Below, in pieces: positions 1 to 10,094 of a DNA stretch of 64,000 nucleotides. Source of the stretch: a bacterium (GTDB lineage Bacteria > Bacteroidota > Bacteroidia > Bacteroidales > UBA932); NCBI GenBank assembly GCA_963596515.1, contig CAVBMN010000003.1, forward strand, positions 1,468 to 65,467. The letters run 5' to 3'. The translations under genes and the position numbers were made by a program. Position 1 is the stretch's first letter. Each line of letters starts with the position of its first letter. A model generated the notes under the pieces. That model did no database searches and was not told the origin of the DNA. It saw only the letters and a list, made by a program, of their open reading frames with translations.

Positions 1-621
1 GAGGTTGTACGGGACGGTGTGTCAAAGCGCAACGCCACGGCCAGCTCGACGTTGATCCGCTCTACGATCACCGGTCTGATTCTGGACGTGCCGGTCAAGG
101 TCGGAAACTCCGTGATCCAGAGCAATACATTTAATGACGGGACGACCATCGCCACGGTGGCCGATATGAGCGACCTGATATTCAAAGGCAATCTGGACGA
201 GACCGAGGTCGGAAAGGTCGATGAAGGCACGAAGATGAAAATCACCATCGGCGCGGTGCAGGGTGTGGAGATGGACGCTGTCCTTGAATATATCTCCCCG
301 AAGGCCGTGCAGAACAATGGAGCCAACCAGTTCGAGATCAAGGCCCGGGTCAGCCAACTTGACAGCGTGAAGATACGCTCGGGCTACAGCGCGAACGCTG
401 AGATCACACTGGAGCACGTGGATTCAGTTCTGGCTGTGCCAGAGGCCGCGATTTCCTTCGAGAGCGATTCCACATTTGTCTATATAGCTGAGGGAGATGG
501 ACATTACAAACGCCATCCGGTGACGACAGGTCTCAGCGACGGGGTTAAGATTGAAGTGAAGAGCGGACTGAGCAAGGATCAGAAAGTTCGCGGAAACCAG
601 ATATTTACAGAAAAGAAGTAG
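1..621 (+). CDS. Efflux periplasmic adaptor (membrane fusion protein), 5'-truncated by window edge
   Basis: Frame open from base 1. MFP-like C-terminus (LDETEVGKV, GYSANAEI, VTTGLSDG). Lies directly upstream of a TolC-family gene. Confidence 0.85.
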   Translation, partial: EVVRDGVSKRNATASSTLIRSTITGLILDVPVKVGNSVIQSNTFNDGTTIATVADMSDLIFKGNLDETEVGKVDEGTKMKITIGAVQGVEMDAVLEYISPKAVQNNGANQFEIKARVSQLDSVKIRSGYSANAEITLEHVDSVLAVPEAAISFESDSTFVYIAEGDGHYKRHPVTTGLSDGVKIEVKSGLSKDQKVRGNQIFTEKK

Positions 622-625
622 GGCT

Positions 626-1945
626 ATGAAAAGAATATATTCATTGATCGCACTGGGGCTGGTGACCGTTGGGCTTTCCGCACAGGACGGCAGACCGTGG
701 ACGCTTCAGGACTGCATCGCGCACGCGCTTGAGAACAATATCTCCCTCAAGCAGCAGGAAATTCAGGTCAAGCAGCAGGAAATCCAGTTGAACACATCCA
801 AGAACAGCCGTCTGCCGGACGTGAGCGCCAGCGCCAGCGAGAATTTCTCGTTCGGACGAGGCCTGACAGCTGACAACACATATTCCAATACGAACACGAC
901 CAGCACAGGACTCAGTCTCGGGGCTTCGGTTCCGGTGTTCCAAGGATTGAGGATAAACAACTCGATCAAGTACAATGAGTTGAATCTCAAGGCCGTGACG
1001 GCGGACTTCCAGAAAGCCCGCGAGGATGTGAGTGTGGCGGTGGCGCAGGCTTACGTGCAGATTCTCTACAATATGGAGCTTTTGGATGTGGCCCGCAATC
1101 AGGTCAACATCGACTCGCTTCAGGTCGAGAGGCTTTCGGCTATGGAAGCCAGCGGCAAGGCCAGCAAGGTTCAGGTGGCGCAGCAGAAGGCGGCATTTGG
1201 GCAGAGTCGCTTGTCCGAGACACAGGCTGCCAACAGTTTACGGTTGTCGCTGCTGGATCTCAGCCAATTGCTGGAACTGCCTAATCCTGAAGGATTTTCT
1301 ATCGTGCGGCCTTCGGTTTCGGTCGATGGGCTGCTTCTAAGTGACCCGGAAAGCATTTACGCACAGGCAGTCGCATGCAAACCGTCAATCCAGGCGGAAC
1401 AGTTCCGGTTGGACGCGACTGAATACTCAATAAGGAACGCCAAGGGAGCACGTCTGCCTTCTCTTATGGCAAGCGGTGGTCTTGGAACCAACTACTACAC
1501 GATGAGCAGCCATTCCAGCAACCCGTTCGCCGACCAGATCAAGAACAATTTCAGCCAGTATCTGGGACTCAATCTCAGCATTCCGATCTTCTCGGGATTC
1601 CAGACACGCAACCAGATCCGTGCCGCCGAACTTTCGAGAACGAATCAAATGTTGCAGCTGGAGAACAGCAAGAAAACCCTTTACAAGGAGATCCAGCAGG
1701 CCTACTACAACGCCGTGGCCGCTCAGGAGAAGTTCCGTTCGAGTCTGGATGCCGATGCCAGCGCCAAGGAGTCGTATGAGCTCGTGCTGGCAAAGTATGA
1801 GAACGGTAAAGCCAACATCACGGAGTTCAATGAGGCTCGCGACAGTTTTCTGGAATCCGAATCGAATCTGGCCCGAGCTCGCTACGAGTTTCTCTTCTCC
1901 GCAAAACTGCTTGATTTTTACAAAGGTGAGCGTTTGCAGTTCTAA
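626..1945 (+). CDS. TolC-family outer membrane efflux protein
   Basis: Signal peptide, WTLQDCIAHALENN start, two OEP repeats (xxLP...PVFQG / PIFSG). Confidence 0.9.
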   Translation: MKRIYSLIALGLVTVGLSAQDGRPWTLQDCIAHALENNISLKQQEIQVKQQEIQLNTSKNSRLPDVSASASENFSFGRGLTADNTYSNTNTTSTGLSLGASVPVFQGLRINNSIKYNELNLKAVTADFQKAREDVSVAVAQAYVQILYNMELLDVARNQVNIDSLQVERLSAMEASGKASKVQVAQQKAAFGQSRLSETQAANSLRLSLLDLSQLLELPNPEGFSIVRPSVSVDGLLLSDPESIYAQAVACKPSIQAEQFRLDATEYSIRNAKGARLPSLMASGGLGTNYYTMSSHSSNPFADQIKNNFSQYLGLNLSIPIFSGFQTRNQIRAAELSRTNQMLQLENSKKTLYKEIQQAYYNAVAAQEKFRSSLDADASAKESYELVLAKYENGKANITEFNEARDSFLESESNLARARYEFLFSAKLLDFYKGERLQF

Positions 1946-1961
1946 AATCTATGGTAAATTT

Positions 1962-2014
1962 GGACCACAAAGAGAAGAGACGCAAAAATTTTGCGTCTCT
2001 TCTCTTTGTGGTCC
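1962..2014. terminator. Perfect 26-bp inverted repeat between convergent TolC gene and tRNA; probable bidirectional terminator
   Basis: GGACCACAAAGAGAAGAGACGCAAAA-A-TTTTGCGTCTCTTCTCTTTGTGGTCC. Confidence 0.7.
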
Positions 2015-2082
2015 CAGTAGGGCATGATCCTACGACCCCCTGATTATGAGTCAGATGCTCTAACCAACTGAGCTATGGGACC
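2009..2082 (-). tRNA. tRNA with CAT anticodon, most likely tRNA-Ile2 (often auto-annotated Met)
   Basis: Minus strand GGTCCCA-TAGCTCAGTTGGTTAGAGC-A-TCTGA-CTCATAA-TCAGG-GGGTC-GTAGG-ATCATGC-CCTAC-TGGGACC-A folds as a cloverleaf. C4-G69/C5-G68 favour Ile2. No encoded CCA. Confidence 0.9.
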
Positions 2083-2161
2083 GGTTCCCGACCTTGATGG
2101 CCGGGGCATATTACTTGAACGGTGGCGGCCTCTGAGACCGCACCGTCCTCAATCTGAATTA

Positions 2162-2467
2162 TCAGACTTTGATCTCAACCTCAACGCCGGAAGGAAGCTC
2201 AAGCTTCATCAGGGCGTCAACGGTCTTTGCATTGCTGTCGTCGATGTCCAGAAGCCTGCTGTAGGCGCTAAGCTCAAACTGCTCGCGGGACTTCTTGTTG
2301 ACGAAGGTCGAGCGATTGACAGTGAAGATCTTCTTGTTGGTAGGGAGCGGAATAGGACCGTTCACCTTGGCGCCAGTAGCCTTCACGGTGTCCACGATCT
2401 TAGCGGCTGACTTGTCAACCAGCATGTGATCGAATGATTTGAGTTTTATTCTGATTTTTTGACTCAT
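2162..2467 (-). CDS. rpsJ: 30S ribosomal protein S10
   Basis: [35 protein letters not shown]. Confidence 0.98.
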   Translation of the reverse strand: MSQKIRIKLKSFDHMLVDKSAAKIVDTVKATGAKVNGPIPLPTNKKIFTVNRSTFVNKKSREQFELSAYSRLLDIDDSNAKTVDALMKLELPSGVEVEIKV

Positions 2468-2495
2468 ATCAAAATACTTAATTACGATTTAACAC

Positions 2496-4616
2496 TTACT
2501 CGTCATCATCAGAGAGCTTGTAACCGCTCTTCTCAATAACGTCCTTGGCCAGGTTGGCAGGAACCTCAGCATAGTGGTCGAAAGTCATCGTGCTGGTCGC
2601 GCGGCCGGATGAGAGGGTTCTCAGAACCGTCACATAACCGAACTGCTCGGCGAGCGGAACGAAGGCCCTTACGATTCTCGCACCGTTCGCGGTGGAGTCC
2701 ATGGCCTGAATCTGGCCGCGGCGACGGTTGAGGTCACCCACGATGTCACCCATGTAGTCCTCAGGAGTAACAACCTCAAGGGACATGATAGGCTCAAGGA
2801 GAACAGGCTTTGCCTTCGGGCAGGCGTGGCGGAATGCCAGACGGCCGGCCATTTCGAATGAAAGCTGGTCTGAGTCGACAGGGTGGAAGGAACCATCGAG
2901 CACTGTAACCTTCATTGACTGTACCTCGTAACCAGCGAGAACGCCATTAGCCATAGCTGACTTGAAGCCTTTCTCGATGCAAGGGATGAATTCCTTAGGA
3001 ATATTACCACCCTTGACCTGGTTGTCGAACTGAAGACCTGTGACGCCTTCGTCGGCAGGACCGATCTCAACGATGATGTCGGCGAACTTACCACGACCGC
3101 CGGTCTGCTTCTTGAAGACCTCACGGTGCTGTACTGTAGCGGTGATGGCCTCCTTATAGTTAACCTGCGGAGCGCCCTGATTGATCTCGACACCGAACTC
3201 ACGGCGGAGACGGTCCACGATGATGTCAAGGTGAAGCTCACCCATTCCGCTGATGACTGTCTGGCCGGTCTCGTGGTCTGACCTTACGGTGAACGTAGGA
3301 TCCTCCTCAGCGAGCTTGCCAAGGGCGATGCCAAGCTTGTCCAAGTCACCCTGGGTCTTAGGCTCGACAGCGATACCGATAACAGGATCAGGGAATTCCA
3401 TTGATTCGAGCACGATCTGATGATCCTCGTTGCAGATGGTGTCTCCGGTACGGAGATCCTTGAATCCGACGGCGGCGCAGATGTCTCCGGCCTCCACGAA
3501 CTCGATAGGGTTCTGGTGGTTGGAGTGCATCTGGTACAGACGCGCGATTCTTTCCTTCTTTCCGGTGCGGACGTTGTAAACATAAGTACCGGCGTCAACA
3601 CGTCCTGAATACACTCTCATAAAGGCGAGACGGCCAACGAACGGATCCGTGGCGATCTTGAAAACGAGAGCGCAGAACGGCTGGGTCGCGTCAGGGAGAA
3701 GATCCTCTTCCTCGTTGGTCTTAGGATCCGTACCCTTGATGACACCCTTGTCGAGCGGAGAAGGAAGGTAACGCATCACAGCGTCGAGGAGGAACTGGAC
3801 ACCCTTGTTCTTGAAGGAGGAACCACAGCAGGCCGGAACGATCTGCATAGAGATTGTTCCCTTGCGGAGTGCGGCGATGATCTCTTCCTCGGTGAGGGAG
3901 TCAGGGTTCTCGAAATACTTCTCCATAAGAGCCTCGTCGCATTCGGCGGCAGCCTCAACGAGTTTGTCTCTCCATTTCTCGACTTCTCCGGCCATATCCG
4001 CCGGAACGTCCTTTATTTCATAGTTGACCAATTCCTCTCCGGAATCATAGTAATATGCCTTTCTGGAGATAAGGTCGATGATGCCTTTGAACTTGTCCTC
4101 AGCTCCGATAGGGAGACAGATCGGAACAGCCTTGGCACCGAGCTTAGTGTAGATTTCCTCAACGCAGGCGAGGAAGTCAGCGCCGACACGGTCCATCTTG
4201 TTCACGTATGCTATCTTCGGAACGCCGTACTTGTCGGCCTGACGCCAAACAGTCTCAGACTGAGGCTGTACGCGTCCAACGGCGCAGAAAGTAGCGACAG
4301 TTCCGTCGAGCACACGGAGCGAACGCTCCACCTCAACGGTGAAGTCGACGTGACCCGGAGTGTCGATCAGGTTGATCTGATAAACGTGACCGTTGTAATG
4401 CCAGAACGCTGTGGTGGCGGCGGAAGTGATGGTGATACCTCTCTCCTGCTCCTGAACCATCCAGTCCATTGTGGCAGCCCCTTCGTGTACCTCACCGATC
4501 TTGTGAGTCTTTCCGGTGTAGTACAGAATACGCTCGGATGTAGTCGTCTTTCCGGCATCGATGTGGGCCATGATGCCGATGTTTCTTGTGTAAGTAAGAT
4601 CTCTTTTAGCAGCCAT
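2496..4616 (-). CDS. fusA: Elongation factor G
   Basis: [30 protein letters not shown]; 706 aa. Confidence 0.98.
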   Translation of the reverse strand: MAAKRDLTYTRNIGIMAHIDAGKTTTSERILYYTGKTHKIGEVHEGAATMDWMVQEQERGITITSAATTAFWHYNGHVYQINLIDTPGHVDFTVEVERSLRVLDGTVATFCAVGRVQPQSETVWRQADKYGVPKIAYVNKMDRVGADFLACVEEIYTKLGAKAVPICLPIGAEDKFKGIIDLISRKAYYYDSGEELVNYEIKDVPADMAGEVEKWRDKLVEAAAECDEALMEKYFENPDSLTEEEIIAALRKGTISMQIVPACCGSSFKNKGVQFLLDAVMRYLPSPLDKGVIKGTDPKTNEEEDLLPDATQPFCALVFKIATDPFVGRLAFMRVYSGRVDAGTYVYNVRTGKKERIARLYQMHSNHQNPIEFVEAGDICAAVGFKDLRTGDTICNEDHQIVLESMEFPDPVIGIAVEPKTQGDLDKLGIALGKLAEEDPTFTVRSDHETGQTVISGMGELHLDIIVDRLRREFGVEINQGAPQVNYKEAITATVQHREVFKKQTGGRGKFADIIVEIGPADEGVTGLQFDNQVKGGNIPKEFIPCIEKGFKSAMANGVLAGYEVQSMKVTVLDGSFHPVDSDQLSFEMAGRLAFRHACPKAKPVLLEPIMSLEVVTPEDYMGDIVGDLNRRRGQIQAMDSTANGARIVRAFVPLAEQFGYVTVLRTLSSGRATSTMTFDHYAEVPANLAKDVIEKSGYKLSDDDE

Positions 4617-4628
4617 CTGCGAATAAAA

Positions 4629-5105
4629 TTAGAAACGGAAGTGGGCGAACGCCTTGTTGGCCTCCGCCATCTTGTGCATATCCTCTTTTCTCTTGAATGC
4701 ACCACCTTCGTTATTGTAGGCGGCAACGATCTCTGCACAAAGTTTTTCTGCCATTGAGTGGCCGGAACGCTTGCGGGCGAAGTTGATCATGTTCTTCATC
4801 GAGAGCGAGACTTTCCTTTCCGGACGCAACTCAGTAGGCACCTGGAAGTTTGCACCTCCTACACGACGTGACTTGACCTCGATCTGAGGGGTAACGTTTT
4901 CGAGTGCCTTCCTCCAGATATCCAGAGGAGCCTTGTCAGAATCCTTCATCTTCTCGCCTACCATATCAATGGCATCGTAAAAAATAGAATACGCGATACT
5001 CTTCTTCCCCTGCAACATAAGATTGTTCACGAAGCGGGTCACCTCGACATCGTGAAACTTAGGATCAGGAAGTAGAATCCTCTTTTTAGGCTTCGATTTT
5101 CTCAT
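4629..5105 (-). CDS. rpsG: 30S ribosomal protein S7
   Basis: [28 protein letters not shown]. Confidence 0.98.
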   Translation of the reverse strand: MRKSKPKKRILLPDPKFHDVEVTRFVNNLMLQGKKSIAYSIFYDAIDMVGEKMKDSDKAPLDIWRKALENVTPQIEVKSRRVGGANFQVPTELRPERKVSLSMKNMINFARKRSGHSMAEKLCAEIVAAYNNEGGAFKRKEDMHKMAEANKAFAHFRF

Positions 5106-5146
5106 TGTGAGTAAAAATTAAAGGTGATAAAGATTAATGAAACGGA

Positions 5147-5530
5147 CTACTTCTTAGATTTCTTTGGTCTCTTTGCTCCGTAGAGTGAACGGGACTGAGT
5201 CCTTCCTTCTACGCCAGCTGTGTCCAAAGCTCCTCTAAGGATGTGGTAACGCACACCAGGGAGGTCCTTCACACGACCGCCACGAACCAGCACGATGCTG
5301 TGCTCCTGAAGGTTGTGTCCCTCGCCCGGAATGTAGGCATTGACCTCTTTGGAGTTGGTAAGGCGTACCCTGGCAACCTTTCTCATCGCTGAGTTAGGCT
5401 TCTTAGGGGTCGTCGTGTAAACACGAAGACATACGCCCCTCTTCTGAGGACATGCGTCCAGCGCGCGTGACTTGCTCTGAGCGACAATGCTCACGCGTCC
5501 TTTGCGAACTAATTGTTGAATTGTAGGCAT
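5147..5530 (-). CDS. rpsL: 30S ribosomal protein S12
   Basis: [31 protein letters not shown]. Confidence 0.98.
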   Translation of the reverse strand: MPTIQQLVRKGRVSIVAQSKSRALDACPQKRGVCLRVYTTTPKKPNSAMRKVARVRLTNSKEVNAYIPGEGHNLQEHSIVLVRGGRVKDLPGVRYHILRGALDTAGVEGRTQSRSLYGAKRPKKSKK

Positions 5531-5580
5531 AAATGATTGTAAATCTAATATTTATGTTTCCCCCAAACATTTTGGGGCTG

Positions 5581-5611
5581 CAAATTTACGGATAATTCTT
5601 CAATTAACAAA
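5581..5611 (-). promoter_or_regulatory. Bacteroidota primary-sigma promoter of the rpsL operon
   Basis: Minus strand TTTG-N19-TAAATTTG matches the -33/-7 consensus. Confidence 0.75.
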
Positions 5612-5706
5612 GCATCAAGCTGATAGATTCTTTCAGATTCAGCCGGCAAAACGTTGCAATTGCCAAAAAATCGCTATCTTTACCATAAAAATATTCAAGA
5701 ATATTC

Positions 5707-8106
5707 ATGAAGAAGAAATTCGCACTTGCATGCGCGGCGCTGCTTCTTTGCGCGTCGGGATTCGCGCAGACGCAGAAGGCCAATTACGCTCTCGCCGAGA
5801 GGTTTTCGGCGAAAAGGGTCAATCAGATGGTGTTTTCCACGCAGATCACTCCTAACTGGTTCAAGGACAGCGACAAATTTTGGTACAGTTGGAGGACTCC
5901 GCAGGGAACACATTACTACATTGTTGACCCGGCCAAGGGAACCAAGACAGAGGTGTTCGACATGGACAGGCTCGCCATGCAGGTCACCGAGATTGTCCGC
6001 TACCCGTTCGAGGCCAAGCATATTCCTATAAGGGATTTGGAACTGAAGGAAGACAAGGCGTTCACTTTCAACATCATCTCCGGGCTTCAGAATGACAGGG
6101 ATACGACATATTTCCGCTACGAGATTGCGACGGCGAAGCTTGACACGGTGGCGAAGGAGAAGGACAAGTACCCGCGTTGGGCCTCGATCGCTCCTAACGG
6201 AGAGTTTGGAGTCTATGCCAAGGGTTCCAATCTTTGGGTGATGGATTCGACCAGCCTCCGCAAAGCAGCCAAGGACGAGAAGGACAGCACAATCGTGGAA
6301 CATCGCCTGACCACGGACGGCATCCGCCAGTTCGGCTACGGGTACGGCAACTATGCCGGCGACACCGAGGCGGACTCCACCAAGAGACACTATCCGGGAG
6401 AACTTGTCTGGTCACCGGACGCGAAGCGTTTCGCCACAATGAAATGGGACACCAGAAAGTTGGATGATCTGTGGGTCATCAATTCCGTGAGCGACAAGCG
6501 TCCTAAACTGGAGACCTACAAGTACCAGATGCCTGGTGAGCCGGGGCCGAAAGGCTACCTTTACATATTCACGATGAATGATGCGCGCACCGGGGCATCC
6601 GCAAGGCAGATCAAGAGCCAGGCGTTCAAGGATCAGGAGGTCTCGCTGCAAAGCGCCAAAAGGACAGCCAAGGACAACTATCTGGATTTCTGGAAAAACG
6701 TGTGGCTTGGCGACAACTCCGGGTTCTATCTCGTTCGCCAGAGCCGTGACCTCAAGAGGCTGGATCTCTGCTGGGTTGGAGTGGATTCCGATTCCACAAA
6801 GACCATCATCTCCGAGAGGGAAAGGACTTATGTCGAGTACCGGACCCCGTTCCTGATTGGTGGCGGAAAGCAGATCCTCCACTGGTCGGAGCGCAACGGA
6901 TGGGCGAACATATACCTTTATAATAATGACGGAACATTGGTCAAGAACCTGACCGACGGGGCATTTCACGTGGAGGACATCCTTGGAGTGAACGAGAAGG
7001 AGGGCTACATCCTGCTGAGCGCCTGCGGCGTGAACAAGGACGAGAACCCTTACCAGATGCACACATTCAGGGTTCCGCTCACAGGCGGCACTCTCCAACA
7101 GCTGGATATGAACGATATGGACGTGCTCTCGACAGCCAGCGATAACGCCAAGTACTTCGTGGCCAACTATTCACGTGTCGATTGGACTCCTGCCGTGGCT
7201 CTGTTCTCAGCCGCCGGCAAGCGGATCGCCGACCTTGAGACCGCCGACCTGAGCCTTCTGTTCGAGGCCGGCTACAAGTTCCCGGAGAGGTTCAAGGTGA
7301 AGGCCGCTGACGGTGTCACAGACCTCTACGGTGCGATGTACAAGCCTTATGACTTCGACTCCACGAAGGTCTATCCGATCTGTGACTATGTTTACCCCGG
7401 CCCTCAGGTGGAGGCCAACAACATTTCCTGGAGCAGAGGCTTCACCCGCACGGACAGGCTCGCCCAGCTGGGGATGATCGTCATTACTGTCGGAAACCGT
7501 GGCGGACACCCTAACCGCTCGAAGTGGTACCACAACTACGGCTACGGCAATCTTCGTGACTACGGCCTTGAGGATCAGAAATATGCCATCCAGCAGCTCG
7601 GTGCGAGATATTCATTCATCGACCTTGACAGGGTCGGCATCCACGGGCATTCCGGCGGAGGATTCATGAGCACGGCGGCGATCCTGAAATATCCGGACTT
7701 TTTCAAGGTGGCGGTGTCCTGCGCCGGCAACCACGACAACAGCATCTACAACCGCTGGTGGAGCGAGCAGCATCACGGAATCCTTGAGAAGATCGACAAG
7801 GGTGACACCACGTTCGTTTACAGCATCAAGACCAATCCGGAGATCGCCGGAAACCTGAAAGGCCACTTGATGCTCGTGCACGGAGACATTGACAACAACG
7901 TCCACCCGGCCAACACCATCCGTGTGGTCAACGCCCTGATCCGCGCCAACAAGAGGTTCGATATGCTCATCCTCCCTGGCCAGCGTCACGGCTTCGGCGA
8001 TATGAACGAGTATTTCTTCTGGCGTATGGCTGACTACTACGCCGAGTGGCTCATCGGTGACTCCGAACGATGGAAACCAGACATCACGCAGATGAACAAC
8101 GACTGA
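5707..8106 (+). CDS. S9 family (DPP IV-like) secreted serine peptidase
   Basis: Signal peptide, YPGP, GHSGGG nucleophile, HGDIDNNVH (Asp), QRHG (His). Confidence 0.92.
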   Translation: MKKKFALACAALLLCASGFAQTQKANYALAERFSAKRVNQMVFSTQITPNWFKDSDKFWYSWRTPQGTHYYIVDPAKGTKTEVFDMDRLAMQVTEIVRYPFEAKHIPIRDLELKEDKAFTFNIISGLQNDRDTTYFRYEIATAKLDTVAKEKDKYPRWASIAPNGEFGVYAKGSNLWVMDSTSLRKAAKDEKDSTIVEHRLTTDGIRQFGYGYGNYAGDTEADSTKRHYPGELVWSPDAKRFATMKWDTRKLDDLWVINSVSDKRPKLETYKYQMPGEPGPKGYLYIFTMNDARTGASARQIKSQAFKDQEVSLQSAKRTAKDNYLDFWKNVWLGDNSGFYLVRQSRDLKRLDLCWVGVDSDSTKTIISERERTYVEYRTPFLIGGGKQILHWSERNGWANIYLYNNDGTLVKNLTDGAFHVEDILGVNEKEGYILLSACGVNKDENPYQMHTFRVPLTGGTLQQLDMNDMDVLSTASDNAKYFVANYSRVDWTPAVALFSAAGKRIADLETADLSLLFEAGYKFPERFKVKAADGVTDLYGAMYKPYDFDSTKVYPICDYVYPGPQVEANNISWSRGFTRTDRLAQLGMIVITVGNRGGHPNRSKWYHNYGYGNLRDYGLEDQKYAIQQLGARYSFIDLDRVGIHGHSGGGFMSTAAILKYPDFFKVAVSCAGNHDNSIYNRWWSEQHHGILEKIDKGDTTFVYSIKTNPEIAGNLKGHLMLVHGDIDNNVHPANTIRVVNALIRANKRFDMLILPGQRHGFGDMNEYFFWRMADYYAEWLIGDSERWKPDITQMNND

Positions 8107-8124
8107 TAATAAAGCCATTAAGTA

Positions 8125-8159
8125 AATATCCTCCTGCTCGTTTCAGGCAGGAGGATATT
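8125..8159. terminator. Bidirectional intrinsic terminator
   Basis: 13-bp stem AATATCCTCCTGC/GCAGGAGGATATT between convergent genes. Confidence 0.75.
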
Positions 8160-8195
8160 ATTGTTATCAATAGTCAAGCACTATCCTTTACAGTC

Positions 8196-8915
8196 TCATT
8201 TAAACTTTACCGTCCCTTCGGCCACAACATCCTTGCGTGGATCCTTGAACGTGATCTTGAGATTATGCTTTTTGATTGCCGGTGTCTCGGTGAAGTACAA
8301 ATACAGTGATTCCTCAAACAATAGCAGAAGGTCTTCTGGGACGAGATCTGTTAGAGTTTTGTTCACGGGGAAAACTTCCGGAGGCAGATGCCAGTAATAG
8401 CGAGAATATAACCAACCGTGGTCATTCTGCGCATCATAATCAGAAGGAGCCTCCGACCAATCATAGGTCAGGAGACTTTCGCTTTTCAACCATTTATAGG
8501 GAGAAAGAGCCACTATGCGAATCTTTGAGTCCAATGGTTGCCCCGCAGGTATGCCATTAAAATCCGTATCACTGATCACAGTTACCCCCGTAAACTCGTT
8601 GGAATATGCAGTATACTCGTGAAATAACGCAACCTTTCTCTGCCAATGATAGTCGTGATATTTCTTTGTCAATGAATCACATTCACGGGTAGAAAGAAAT
8701 CTGGTAGGGTCCGCTTTTCTCAAACGGATAGAATTAGGATTCCCGATCAATTGCGTTATCGCCATTGCCTCCGCATCACAATATGCCCTTATCATACATT
8801 CTGAATACACCGGATCATCTCCCAAAACATCCTCTCCGGAGGTTTCTGAACAACTTGTACCAGAGTGTATCATAACAAAAGTCAGTACACACCATAACGA
8901 TGCTTTAAATCTCAT
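8196..8915 (-). CDS. Hypothetical lipoprotein
   Basis: N-terminal hydrophobic stretch ending GTSC. AT-richer than its neighbours. Confidence 0.65.
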   Translation of the reverse strand: MRFKASLWCVLTFVMIHSGTSCSETSGEDVLGDDPVYSECMIRAYCDAEAMAITQLIGNPNSIRLRKADPTRFLSTRECDSLTKKYHDYHWQRKVALFHEYTAYSNEFTGVTVISDTDFNGIPAGQPLDSKIRIVALSPYKWLKSESLLTYDWSEAPSDYDAQNDHGWLYSRYYWHLPPEVFPVNKTLTDLVPEDLLLLFEESLYLYFTETPAIKKHNLKITFKDPRKDVVAEGTVKFK

Positions 8916-9124
8916 AATATCTCACAATTAAAGTCAATATGCCCGTATCCCACAGTTCATCTTCAAATTGTATTGAAAATAATACGAAGTACCTGATGTC
9001 TCTGTTCATCTTCATTGACAGAACACGCTGCGATAAAAATTGAAAGCAGCAGGGTTGCCGCGATAGCGGCTCGTTTTGTAAGGTTACTCATATTTTAGTG
9101 TATTTAATGTGGTTACAAAGATAT

Positions 9125-10090
9125 TTAATATTCCGTATCTTCCAGATTGAACGGGAATGAGTGCTCGGACGAGACGCTGACAAAGCCCAGACCTCCTTCG
9201 ACATTGTTCTGAATCACAAGACTTTCAAGAAGGTTGGAATAGTCATAGTCCGCATCCTCCAGGACATTCAGGTAGCTTAGGTAATCATATTCCTTCCTTG
9301 TAATGCTGACCAACGACATCACCGCCTGGTTCTTGACCTTCGCGTAGGAGAAATCCCCTTTCAGGATAAGGCCGTACATCTCGTTCAATTTGGCGGACAC
9401 GTTTATCGAACACGTTCCTTGCTGGAAGAAACTATCGTGGAATAAACAGTATTTATTGTTTGAACTCTCCACGAAAAAGGTATCATCCAGCTTTCCTCCG
9501 CTGAGAATCGGATCCTTATCGTTGCTCAAGGTGACATTGTTCGATCCGGACTGGCTTTCGGTGTAGGTCCATTCACTGGAATACAGGCGGGCCACATAAT
9601 TATGCTTCAAACGGAGTCTGTAGTAGTCACGTCCCGGAGAGTTGTCTTTGACCTTGACCGTAAAGAAGATATTGTCACCTCTCATAACACTGTCGACCTG
9701 AACGATCTCGCCAGCCGGCTTCGGAACCACGACCTCTGCCGAGGCCTTCATCCCATCATAAGCCGCCGTTATCCTGACGACATCGCCTGGAGAGAAATTC
9801 GCTTTGAATATGTATTCGGATTGTATTTTGGTGCTGTGAAGCACATTGCTCAGTTCCGCCTCCACAGGTTCTCCTCCATTGACGGAGCAAGTCACCGTGG
9901 CCAGTGTCAACCGCCTGACAGTGTTGGCGCTGCCTATCCCGACATAGACAGAATGCTCAGTGTCTGCGGCGTACAACTGGGCATTGATGAGAATCATATC
10001 CCGATCATCCTTTGATTCTATGATTTCTTCTTTCACACAAGAAGGAAGGATGGATAACATAATGATTATGAATATAATTTTCTTTCTCAT
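9125..10090 (-). CDS. DUF4249-like lipoprotein (TonB-receptor partner)
   Basis: Lipobox LPSC, DYYR, C-terminal NNVEGGLGF. Follows a TonB-dependent receptor. Confidence 0.75.
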   Translation of the reverse strand: MRKKIIFIIIMLSILPSCVKEEIIESKDDRDMILINAQLYAADTEHSVYVGIGSANTVRRLTLATVTCSVNGGEPVEAELSNVLHSTKIQSEYIFKANFSPGDVVRITAAYDGMKASAEVVVPKPAGEIVQVDSVMRGDNIFFTVKVKDNSPGRDYYRLRLKHNYVARLYSSEWTYTESQSGSNNVTLSNDKDPILSGGKLDDTFFVESSNNKYCLFHDSFFQQGTCSINVSAKLNEMYGLILKGDFSYAKVKNQAVMSLVSITRKEYDYLSYLNVLEDADYDYSNLLESLVIQNNVEGGLGFVSVSSEHSFPFNLEDTEY

Positions 10091-10094
10091 AGCC

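Noticed and set aside
5147..5530. Streptomycin-resistance substitutions in RpsL
   Set aside because: TPKKPNS and RVKDLP lysines are canonical.
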